Source: Macrostomum hystrix (lineage: Eukaryota; Animalia; Platyhelminthes). Taken from it: 64,000 nucleotides of DNA. The stretch spans positions 6,324,001-6,388,000 of the forward strand of contig CATNEN010000001.1 of NCBI GenBank assembly GCA_950097015.1. The letters run 5' to 3'. Each line of letters begins with the position of its first letter. The stretch's first letter is position 1. The notes under the pieces are model-generated. The model was not told the DNA's origin, ran no database searches, and saw nothing but the letters and a program-made list of their open reading frames with translations. Positions 50,201 through 62,200 of this stretch are shown here, one piece after another. Position numbers and translations under genes: made by a program.

Positions 50201-53200
50201 TGCTTAAATTGGTCCTTAGCTGCTTAAATTGGTCCATAGCTGCTTAAATTGGTCCATAGCTGCTTAAATTGGTCCATAGCTGCTTAAATTGGTCCTTAGC
50301 AGCTTAAATTGGTCCATAGCTGCTTAAATTGGTCCATAGCTGCTTAAATTGGTCCATAGCAGCTTAAATTGGTCCTTAGCAGCTTAAATTGGTCCATAGC
50401 TGCTTAAATTGGTCCTTAACTGCTTAAATTGGTCCTTAGCTGCTTAAATTGGTCCATAGCTGCTTAAATTGGTCCATAGCAGCTTAAATTGGTCCTTAGC
50501 AGCTTAAATTGGTCCATAGCTGCTTAAATTGGTCCACAGCAGCTTAAATTGGTCCTTAGCTGCTTAAATTGGTCCATAGCTGCTTAAATTGGTCCATAGC
50601 AGCTTAAATTGGTCCTTAGCAGCTTAAATTGGTCCATAGCTGCTTAAATTGGTCCATAGCAGCTTAAATTGGTCCATAGCTGCTTAAATTAATAGATATA
50701 GCTGCTTAAATTGGTCCATAGCTGCTTAAATTGGTCCATAGCAGCTTAAATTGGTCCTTAGCTGCTTAAATTGGTCCATAGCTGCTTAAATTGGTCCATA
50801 GCAGCTTAAATTGGTCCTTAGCAGCTTAAATTGGTCCATAGCTGCTTAAATTGGTCCATAGCAGCTTAAATTGGTCCATAGCTGCTTAAATTAATAGATA
50901 TAGCTGCTTAAATTGGTCCATAGCTGCTTAAATTGGTCCATAGCTGCTTAAATTGGTCCATAGCTGCTTAAATTGGTAGATATAGCAGCTTAAATTGGTA
51001 GATATAGCTGCTTAAATTGGTCCATAGCTGCTTAAATTGGTAGATATAGCAGCTTAAATTGGTAGATATAGCAGCTTAAATTGGTCCATAGCTGCTTAAA
51101 TTGGTAGATATAGCTGCTTAAATTGGTCCATAGCTGCTTAAATAGGTAGATATAGCTGCTTAATTTGGTAGATATAGCAGCTTAAATTGGTAGATATTGC
51201 AGCTTAAATTGGTAGATATAGCAGCTTAAATTGGTAGATATAGCAGCTTAAATTGGTAGATATAGCAGCTTAAATTGGTCCACAGCTGCCTTAAATTGGT
51301 CGATGGCTGCTTAAAGTGGTCCGTGGCTGCTTCAATTGGTCCATAGCAGCTTAAATTGGTTCATATCAGCTTCAATTGGTCCATAACTGCCATAAATTGG
51401 TCCATAACTGCCTTAAATTGGTCCATAACTGCCTTAAATTGGTCCATGGCTGCTTAAAGTGGTCCGTGGCTGCTTCAATTGGTCCATACTCCATAGCAGC
51501 TAAAATTGGTCCACAGCTGCCTTAAATTGGTCCATAGCTGCCTTAAATTGGTCGACAGCTGCCTTAAATTGGTCCATAACTGCCTTAAATTGGTCCATAA
51601 CTGCCTTAAATTGGTCCATAGATGATTTAGATTGGTCCATAGCTGCCTTAAATTGGTCCCAGATAGATCCAGAACAGGCAGTTAGTCCTACCAAGCTTAA
51701 ACTCGTCCATAGCTGTTTTGTCAAATGTATAATCTAGAATTTACCAGCTTGTAACATTGAGCTGCTGATGAAATTTCACAACCCCAGTGCGACGGCTTGA
51801 CCATGACGGAGCGCATTCGAGAACTGCGAGTGAATTCCATTCTGTTCTTGAACATACCAAAGTACAGCGCCGGAGCCATGCCCTGGGGCAATCCCACTGG
51901 CAGTCAGGGGTTCGAGCCACAGAGACCGGACGATGGCTATGTTGAAGTGATTGGCTTCAGCTCGAGTCACCTGGTATTTAACTTATCTTTGCTCCATTCG
52001 GTTTATTGTTTACTATTACCCATAATAATAATAATTATAACAGTTGATGGTTGATGATTTTCTGGAGACAGAAAAAAATAAACCTTTGGGTGTACAATAG
52101 CACATTATAATTTGCACAACACATTCAGGCCACAGTTCAAATGGGCTGGCACGGTCACAGGATCTGTCAGTGCAACCGAGCTGTGATTCGCACTAGCCGA
52201 GTCATTCCTATTCAGGTGAGTTATTGAAATTCATTCATGTCTTCAACAGACTACTTCTAGTATAGGATGCATTAGAAATGATGTGTGTTTTGTTTTCATT
52301 TCAGATCGACGGCGAACCCTGGCGCCTGCAGCCGTCAGTTATCGAGATCTCATTGCAAAACCAGGCCAACATGATTCAGAAGCCGAAGCGTAGAAACAGC
52401 ATCCCACTGCTCACTGAGTAAGGCTGCTCTGTGCTCAAACCATCTTTGCTCTCTTCCTTCTTTTGTAGTTTTTTACACACCTACTCTTAGAGGCTAGGTC
52501 TAAGATATGGTTTCTATGCAGTTTTACTTAAAGAGCACCATTTTAATATTGGAAATACCGCCGCAACCTCCTTTTAATTTCAGTTTGTCCATGTGAGAGA
52601 AACATGAAAACTAGATTTAGCCCTGCTTTGTGTGTAATCCTTAAACCCCTATGCATATTTTCTATTAGTATACGAATTCTATTTGCGAATTCTATTTGCG
52701 AATTCTATTTGCGTCGAACATTAATTCTGTTATTTATTGGAATCCCTACGTCCATATAGCACGTCTCCTTTCCCTCTCTCCCGTGTCCATCTCTCTCCCA
52801 GTGTCTCATCTCTCTCCCCGTGTCTCATCTCTCCCGTGTCTCATCTCTCTCCCAGTGTCTCATCTCTCTCCCCGTGTCTCATCTCTTCCGTGTCTCATCT
52901 CTCTCCCAGTGTCTCATCTCTCTCCCAGTGTCTCATCTCTCTCCCCGTGTCTCATCTCTTCCGTGTCTCATCTCTCTCCCAGTGTCTCATCTCTCTCCCC
53001 GTGTCTCATCTCTCCCGTGTCTCATCTCTTCCGTGTCTCATCTCTCCCCCAGTGTCTCATCTCTCTCCCCGTGTCTCATCTCTCCCGTGTCTCATCTCTT
53101 CCGTGTCTCATCTCTCTCCCAGTGTCTCATCTCTCTCCCCGTGTCTCATCTCTCCCGTGTCTCATCTCTCTCCCGTGTCTCATCTCTCTCCCCGTGTCTC

Positions 53201-56200
53201 ATCTCTCCCGTGTCTCATCTCTTCCGTGTCTCATCTCTCTCCCAGTGTCTCATCTCTCTCCCCGTGTCTCATCTCTCCCGTGTCTCATCTCTCCCGTGTC
53301 TCATCTCTCCCCGTGTCTCATCTCTCCCGTGTCTCATCTCTCTCCCGTGTCTCATATCTCTCCCGTGTCTCATCTCTCTCCCGTGTCTCATCTCTCTCCC
53401 CGTGTCTCATCTCTCTCCCGTGTCTCATCTCTCTCCCGTGTCTCATCTCTCTCCCGTGTCTCATCTCTCTCCCGTGTCTCATCTCTCTCCCGTGTCTCAT
53501 CTCTCCCGTGTCTCATCTCTCCCGTGTCTCATCTCTCCCGTGTCTCATCTCTCCCGTGTCTCATCTCTCTCCCGTGTCTCATATCTCTCCCGTGTCTCAT
53601 CTCTCCCGTGTCTCATCTCTCCCCGTATCTCATCTCTCCCGTGTCTCATATCTCCCGTGTCTCATCTCTCTCCCCGTGTCTCATCTCTCCCCGTGTCTCA
53701 TCTCTCCCCGTGTCTCATCTCTTCCGTGTCTCATCTCTCCCCGTGTCTCATCTCTCCCGTGTCTCATCTCTTCCGTGTCTCATCTCTCCCCGTGTCTCAT
53801 CTCTCTCCCGTGTCTCATCTCTACCGTCCCATCTCTTACTGCGTCTCATCTCTCCCGTGTCTCATCTCTACCGTCCCATCTCTTACTGCGTCTCATCTCT
53901 CCCGTGTCTCATCTCTACCGTCCCATCTCTTACTGCGTCTCATCTCTCCCGTGTCTCATCTCTCTCCCGTGTCTCCTCTCTCCCGTGTCTCATCTCTCCC
54001 GTGTCTCATCTCTCCCGTGTCTCATCTCTCTCCCGTGTCTCATCTCTCCCATGTCTCATCTCTCTCCCGTGTCTCATCTCTCCCGTGTCTCATCTCTCCC
54101 GTGTCTCATCTCTCCCGTGTCTCATCTCTCCCGTGTCTCATCTCTCTCCCGTGTCTCATATCTCTCCCGTGTCTCATCTCTCCCGTGTCTCATCTCTCTC
54201 CCGTGTCTCATCTCTCCCGTGTCTCAACTCACGGTGACCTTGACCCAGACACATAGACAAATCGGTTTGGGAGTTAAGACCTTTTTCGTTGCATTTATAA
54301 ACGCTTTGGTGTTTTCCTGTCTGGCCTAAGAGTGTGGTAAAAAAGTGTTGTTTGTCTGATTTTCGCATGCGTGCATTATTTGTCTACCTATAAAGTAAAC
54401 TTCATAAACTACATTCTTGAACATTTTTGTTTATATTTTCCCAGATGTGCCCTCAGTTGCGCTTGTTGTCAAAAGAATAAAAAAGTAAATTTGCCATCTT
54501 CTGGACCTCAAACTAAACTGGATATAAAATCTGAGCAAACAGCAGCAGCCGATATGTCCAGTCAACATGGGCATAATATTTGCTTACAATCCAACAATTC
54601 TAAATTCCAGTATGATGTTTTAAATCGTTAAGAACAGTTAGTAAAAGTTCAAAAATCTGACTGTTATGTTTTTTATCGTTTCTGTTTTTTACATTAATTT
54701 TTTCTTGCATTTTTATTTATATACTAATCTGCTACTGACTACTGCACACTGAGTGTCAGTAGAGTGATTTGAAACATTCTGCAAAATTTGCATAATTAAA
54801 TGACTGATTGCAGCGCACAGAAGGCGAGAGCTAGACGACAATTTGTTCGAAATATCAGAAAATTCTGTCGCACTCCCATCAATGCGGATTTGTAAGCAGT
54901 TTCCAATGAAAACAACAATCACTCCAGATAAGCTATTGTTTAATTAATCCATAACATTGGCTGTTGCTGTTATTTTTGGTTAAATAAAAGCAACACTATA
55001 AGCATAATTACGAAACACTTTTAATATGAACATATTAACACCATGTTTGAATTAACAATATAGTAATGATTATAATCGATCGGTCGGGAGTTCGAATCCC
55101 AATGTCCTTGTGCAAGTCCATTGTGCTTTAGTTCAACCAGAAAAAATTATTTACCAGCAGCAGCTAGGGCAGGAATTTAGGAATTTAGGAATTTAGGCTA
55201 CAGAAGTTGTAGCCTAGTGGTTAGGGCGTCGGACTCACGACTTGAAGGTCGGGGGTTCGATTCCCGACTGCACTGAAACAATTTGTGTCCTTTAGCAAGA
55301 CAATTAACTCTGCATTGCTTCAGTTCACCCAGCTGTTAAATTGGTACCAGCATTACCTTGGGTAATTGAAGGTGTGTGTGGCGTCTCCCCAGTCCATGGA
55401 CTGAACAGCTGTACGCAGTCTTCAGATGCGCAGCGAAATAGCTGCGGCTGTGCTGTCGGCTGCACATCTGGCCCGATTGGGACAGGTGTAATCAATGATT
55501 ATTGTTAGGAAAGTTTTAGCTCTTAGTTTATGGGCTGAAAAATTGTGCAAAACCTTTTGAAGCGCCAAATTTTTTCTAAATGTTTTTCTAACAACATACA
55601 TCGTAATTTTTCCCCTAACAATTTGTGTCCTTAGCGACGGTGACTACGGGTTCAGCCAGGCCGCTGCGCCCAGCAGTCAGCCGCTGATTATGGAACGCTT
55701 GCGCATCCAGGTGTCCGTTATCTCTATGACTGACTATGAGAGCTTGCAATACGACAAAGAAAAACTGCGTCTAGCTTGTGAGTTCGCTTCTTTTCATAAT
55801 TGCTCGATTTGGACTCCGTTGCTGACTGAAACTGTAACGCTATTCAATTTTAGCTTACCCACTGGGTATAATTCTAGTGGAAGTGGACTCAGATTTAGAG
55901 CACGTTCGTACGCACATTGATCGCTTGGCTTCAGTGAGTAGCTGACACTGAAGTTAACTGACTGTTAACGACAGTTAATTAGCGCTAGTTTAACCAGCTT
56001 CCCTCAAATTAACCTTTTGTTTTGCAGGACACCTGTCTTATTACTCAAACTGGCAAATCTCGCTTGTCCAACAGTTGGGTATTTCTCGACTGTGAGTCTG
56101 TTTTTGTTTAACATGAACAAATTGTCCTTATTTATGAATGTTGAGGTCGGTTCCTTTTGAATGATTTAATCATATTTAATCATAGTTAATATGGGTTTAC

Positions 56201-59200
56201 TCCCGATTCGCTGAATCCCGATCCGTCGAAATTCCTGACTCGCCGAATCCCGATTCGCCGAAATTCCTGACTAGAATCCTGATTCGCTGAATCCTGATTC
56301 AATACATCTTACTTTATCATAAATTAAAATTAAACCACATAACCATTGCCCTCTTTGAGTGTTGGTCAAACATTGGAACTCTATTTCTATTGTATTGAAA
56401 TTAATTAAAAACCGAACTTAAATGAAATGCACTTTCTTCATTCATTAACTTGTAAACTTGCTTCTAAACTTTATTAACTTTCTGGAACGTAGATTGAGTG
56501 AGCAAAGAAGAACATCACGCGTACTTCGGAAAAAGCAAAACTTGCTGGACATCCTTGTAGAGCCGAAATTACAAGTGTAATGAGGTACGGTAGCTCAGCA
56601 AAAATATTCTTAGGAATTTTTTCGGCAAAGAGGGAATTCGGCGAATCGGGATTCGGCGAATCGGGAATCGGCGAATCGGGAATCGGCGAATCGGGAGTAA
56701 ACCGTTAATATGGACTCTTTTCTTTCTGTTATCGTGGCTCCAGAATTATGACTCGATGTAGAAATAATATAAATAATAATTGCAGGAGGGCAGCGGGCAA
56801 TGGCACATCATTTGGTGACACTAGAAACGCAGCCAGCGAGGAGGCAATTCTGCCCATTTCGCTGACTCCTGAGCACACACGCACACAGATACTGTACGCA
56901 GGCACACGCTCACACATTTGTGTACATCTGCCCTGACTTTCTCATCGTCAGGCAGTGTACACTCTCACTGTGCCTTAGAGGTTCGCCCTCAAGGGCATAA
57001 ATTGCACGACAAGCCCCCAAGCCTTCTCTCCGCGGCTGCGCCCATAATAAATGTGGCCTCGCCGTGGAATCGAACTTAGGGACCGTGATGCGAGAGGCAA
57101 ACGCGATAACCGCTCTGCCACCGACCTCCCTTCGATGTAGCAATTAAACTTCGATGAAGACCTAAAATAACGGACGAACAAAATAAAAAAGATATTTTTA
57201 TGTAAATTTCATGCTTTTAGCTACCACAGCTGAACGATTCTTTCGTATCGACAAGCAGCAGGAGTCGCTGCACTACATTACGGATATTAGCTCTGAGGAT
57301 CTGTACGTACTGGATCCCGAACTGATTACTGGCAGTACAGACGAACGATTGTTTCCCATCGACCGGGTGCACAGCGAAGAGACCCTGCCAAAGATGCTGG
57401 TACATAGTCCGGCTATTGATGTGTCTCTCAGTCCTAATCCGGATTATCTCTGCTCTAGGTAAGCTTCGACTAAAGCTCAAACTTGCGATGCAGTTTAATT
57501 AGATTTTGCCTTTCTAAAGTCGTATTCAGATGTCTTATTTCTTTTGAAGCTTTGTAACATATGGTACAGAAAGCTGCAACAATACTTACTTCTTCTTATA
57601 ATCCGGCTAAAATGGGTTGCAGAGAGAGGTTGAACCGCAACTCCATTCTCATACCCCGGTTAGAGCCAATAATTTAGAGTTTAAACAACCACCCCATTCC
57701 TCTCGCAACCTGTTAGAATGGGGTGCAGTTAGAGCTTGAACAACCACCCCATTCCAATCACACCCTTATTAGACTGGGGTGCAGAAAGAGCTTGAACATC
57801 CACCCCATTCCACTCACACCCCTGTTAGAATGGGATGGGGTGCAGAAAGAGCTTGAACCCCATTCCAATCACACCCTTATTAGACTGGGGTGCAGAAATA
57901 GCTTGAACAACCACCCCATTCAACTCACACCCCTGTTAGAATGGGGTGCAGAGAGCTTGAACAACCACCCCATTCCACTCACACCCCTGTTAGAATGGGG
58001 TGCAGAAAGAGCTTGAACATCCACCCCATTCCACTCACACCCTGTTAGAATGGGGTGCAGTTAGAGCTTGAACATCCACCCCATTCCACTCACACCCTGT
58101 TAGAATGGGGTGCAGAAAGAGCTTGAACAACCACCCCATTCTCATACCCCGGTTAGAGCCAATAATTTAGAGTTTAAACAACCACCCCACCACAATCACA
58201 CCCTTATTAGACTGGGGTGCAGAAAGAGCTTGAACATCCACCCCATTCCACTCACACCCCTGTTAGAATGGGATGGGGTGCAGAAAGAGCTTGAACCCCA
58301 TTCCAATCACACCCTTATTAGACTGGGGTGCAGAAATAGCTTGAACAACCACCCCATTCAACTCACACCCCTGTTAGAATGGGGTGCAGAAAGAGCTTGA
58401 ACAACCACCCCATTCCAATCACACCCTTATTAGAATGGGGTGCAGAAAGAGCTTGAACAACCACCCCATTCCAATCACACCCTTATTAGACTGGGGTGCA
58501 GAAAGAGCTTGAACAACCACCCCATTCCAATCACACCCTTATTAGAATGGGGTGCAGAAAGAGCTTGAACAACCACCCCATTCCAATCACACCCTTATTA
58601 GACTGGGTTGCAGAAAGAGCTTGAACAACCACCCCATTCCACTCACACTCTTGTTAGAATGGGTTGCAGTTAGAGCTTGAACATCCACCCCATTCCACTC
58701 ACACCCTGTTAGAATGGGGTGCAGTTAGAGCTTGAACAGGAACCCAATTCTCATACCCCTGTTAGAGCCAATAAATTAGTGCTTAAACAGCCACCCCATT
58801 CCCCTCGCAACCTGTTAGGGGTGCAGAGATTTTTTACTAGTTTTATTTTATTTTTATACTTCCATATATTTTTACTGCTTCGCACGTATTTGCCTGAATT
58901 AAAAAGAATTTAATTGCCTCCAGCTTTGTTAATTTGCTTCGGCAAACTTAGCTCATGTACAGATATAACATTTGCGTTAATGGAATAGCAAAGCCACTAG
59001 CACGATTCTTAATATACTGTCGATAATATTCAATCTTTACTAGAATTGGTACATTTCTTATTCGGCTTTTTAATCCACTTGCTATAACAGTTACTATACT
59101 CACGGTGCGGAACACATACACAGATTTGAATAATGCGTCGATATAATATTTTTAGGAGGCCTAAAAATAAACGAAAGTTAGATAATAAGCAACACGCATT

Positions 59201-62200
59201 ACTATAGAGCCTCAGCCAGGAAGGGCAGCGAAGCTGTTGCCAACCCGCCCCCGTCGGCTGGTCTCCGACTGCGCCTACGCCGCGCGACAGCAATTTCGGA
59301 CAATTTTCTGGCCAAAGCCAGCGAACCGCTGGAGAAACCGGCCGATTCAAGGTTGAGCAAATTAATCATTGAAGCCAGCTCGATGTGCCCCGATAGCATA
59401 GGACTAGATATTAATTCACTGGGGATTTCAAGTTTTAGCCAAGGTTCAAACCCGCTAAAAATAGGGATGTTTCTTTGGGTGATTCCAGTTGGAATCTGCG
59501 GTGTTTCCAGAAAAAGAAACAGCCGAACGCTGGAAACATACCAATCGAATGATTCCATGCTTAGAATCTACCCAACTGGACGTTTTCTCGGTGCTTCTTG
59601 GTGGCGAAATGGAATCAACCAAAGAATCCTCCAGTTCAGAAGATTCCATGCTCAGAAACCGCCGAGGAATCGCCCGTAAATAATTCTCTGGTTGTCCCAT
59701 GGGCCACTGGTTCGGGTGATTCTTCGGCGGTTTCCGCGCAATTTACGGTTACATCGGCTGCTTCCTGGGTGGTTTCTTTAACTCTTGCGAGATAGGGGGA
59801 TTTGGGCAGATTCCACTCCTATTTTGCACAAAAAACCCGCCGAAGAAGCAGCCGATTTTTTTACAGGGAAGTCAATCGTCAATGTACATAGTTATTTGTC
59901 TAGTCTTAGTAAGTAGTCTAATATATACCCAATGCTTTATACTCGTACACTCATTCTGCACGCTTCCCGTTAGGGACCTCGGAAAAATCCCAGTTTCACT
60001 ATTTTTGTTCTTTTTTAAAATGTAATAAAAATAATAACTTATCGGTTAGTTTTTTAACAATTCAGTGTACTTTATAGCATAGAGTTTAGCAGTAGGTCAA
60101 CCACACCATTTTGCCGCCCGTTTTTATACGATTTTTTTGGCAGCGCCTGAATGCTAACAGCGTTGGGTGGTGGCTGGTTGGTTGAAAGACTAGACGATGG
60201 TGTACTGTGTACTGTGGTTGCTAATATTTAGGCTTGAACAGTGAAATTGGAGAAATTCGCGTCAGGGTGTCCATAGTGGCCTAGTTCCACCTGTTGTAGT
60301 CCTTGAAGGTCGAGCAAATCTGTCTAGATAAAGGTAGGCGACCACCGAAGATGGTGATGATGCAGGCACATTCGGGTGACATGCTGATAAGTTTTGAAGG
60401 CCTGACAAGACCGCACCGAGGCGCAGTGCTAATTCATGTATAGGGGTGTATGAAATACACTAGCTCTTATGGGGAAAAATCCGACCTTCGGCCAGAACCA
60501 TTTGAATATCTCGACGGTCTGAAGAGCTGGCGACTTGATTCTTGTTTCAGAAGATGCGCAACAAAAAGTTGGCCCGTGTTCTTAATTTTCGTGTTCTTGC
60601 GTTTCTTCGTTCGGGTGTAGCACAAAATATTTTCAGGGGGGAATTCCTCCATGTGGTAGTTCTACAGTTAAACATATTGTTATGTACCATAATTGGTTTA
60701 GATTAACAAATAACAAATAAGCGAGAATTTTCACATCATTTCTTATCTCTATTTATTGGTCGTGGGGAAGTACAATGTACACTCTCTAGCTAATGTACAT
60801 TCTCTTCCTAACCGATCCAGCCAATGTGTAAATATAAAACAGGTGTTGTTTATAAAGTTAAGTTATAATTTACCCGCAATTTACTGCAATTGCCACTATC
60901 CGCCACCTCCACTAATAAAGCACCCAAGAATGACTAGATTGGCATAGTTCTTTAAACGTGATTGTATCAGTTAGTGTTTAAATAATCAAAGGCACTGTCA
61001 CTGCACACATTAAACTTCTAGTTACATTTTTTGCACTAAGTCTGTGATGCACCGTTCAGTAAATTGTTCGTTAAATACGCTCGTAAATATTACTGAAGAC
61101 TTATATTTTGAAACGTTTTCTGGACCGCTGCATATGAATAATAGGTTCATATTTTTAAAGTGCATGGTTTGATTGCAATTCAGTGTGCTGAATTCATTGA
61201 TACCTTAACAGAGAAAGATCACTGGGTGTATTTCAAATACCTACATTTTTCTACATACCTACATACTCTCCTAAAATATGCAAGCAATCGGCATGAAAAT
61301 GCAAAACACCGAGTTACAAAAACTTCATGGGAACATCAGCTTGGAGTATTATCTGCATCTGGTCCTAACAAATGTTTCTCCCCGTCTGATCCCATACTCT
61401 GATGCAGCTCGGAGCCAGGCTCGCCAGATTCTGACAACGCCGCGGCTATTGGTCCCCCAGTAGGTCAGTTGGTTCGACGCCGGAACAGCTTCCTATCGGC
61501 TCTGAACAAGAATCTCATTGAAGCCTGCAAGCGGGGCTCTCTAGACAAGATGAAGTCGTTGCGCGAGGAGGGCGCCGATTTGTGCGCCGCTGACGGCGGC
61601 GGCATGACCTGCCTGCATCACGCCACCCGCTTCGGCTACAAAGACATTGTGGAATACCTCATTGAGAATGGTAAACATTTACAAACATAGTCTTTGTCTG
61701 TGATATTAATAGGGATATCAAACTCTAAGTGATAATAGCATTTGACTCATGAATTGATGGTCGGGGGTTCGATTCCCAACTCCACTAGAACAATTTGTGT
61801 CCTTTACCAAGCCATTTTTATATCGAGGGGTTCTGCCCTGAAATAATTTTGGCAGCGCCTGAATGCTAGTAGAGTTAGGTGGTGACTGATTGGCTGACTG
61901 ACTAGGCGATGGTGTCCTGTGGTTGAGCTGCACCTAATAATTTGGCTTGATCAGTGAAATTGGAGAAATTCGCGTCAGGGTGTCCTTAGTCACATATTTC
62001 CACCTGTTGTAGCCCTTGAAGGTCCAGCAAATCCGTCTAGATAAAGGTAGGCGACCACCGAAGACGGAGATGATGCAGGCACATTCGGGTGACATGCTGA
62101 TCAATTTTGAAGGCCTGGCAAGGCCGCACTGAGGCGCAGTGCTAATTCGTGTATAGGGGTGTATGAAATACACTCTAGAGCTTATGGGAAAAATCCGACC

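Noticed and set aside
55207-55275. tRNA genes at SINE heads
   Set aside because: A and B boxes are present but continue into SINE bodies, with no complete cloverleaf or T-run terminator.
56925-56960. Hammerhead ribozyme core (CTGACGA...GAAA...TC) in SINE-A
   Set aside because: Only 3 nt lie between CTGACGA and GAAA and there is no helix III; CTGAC pairs with GTCAG in a plain hairpin. An Infernal search with hammerhead models would settle it.
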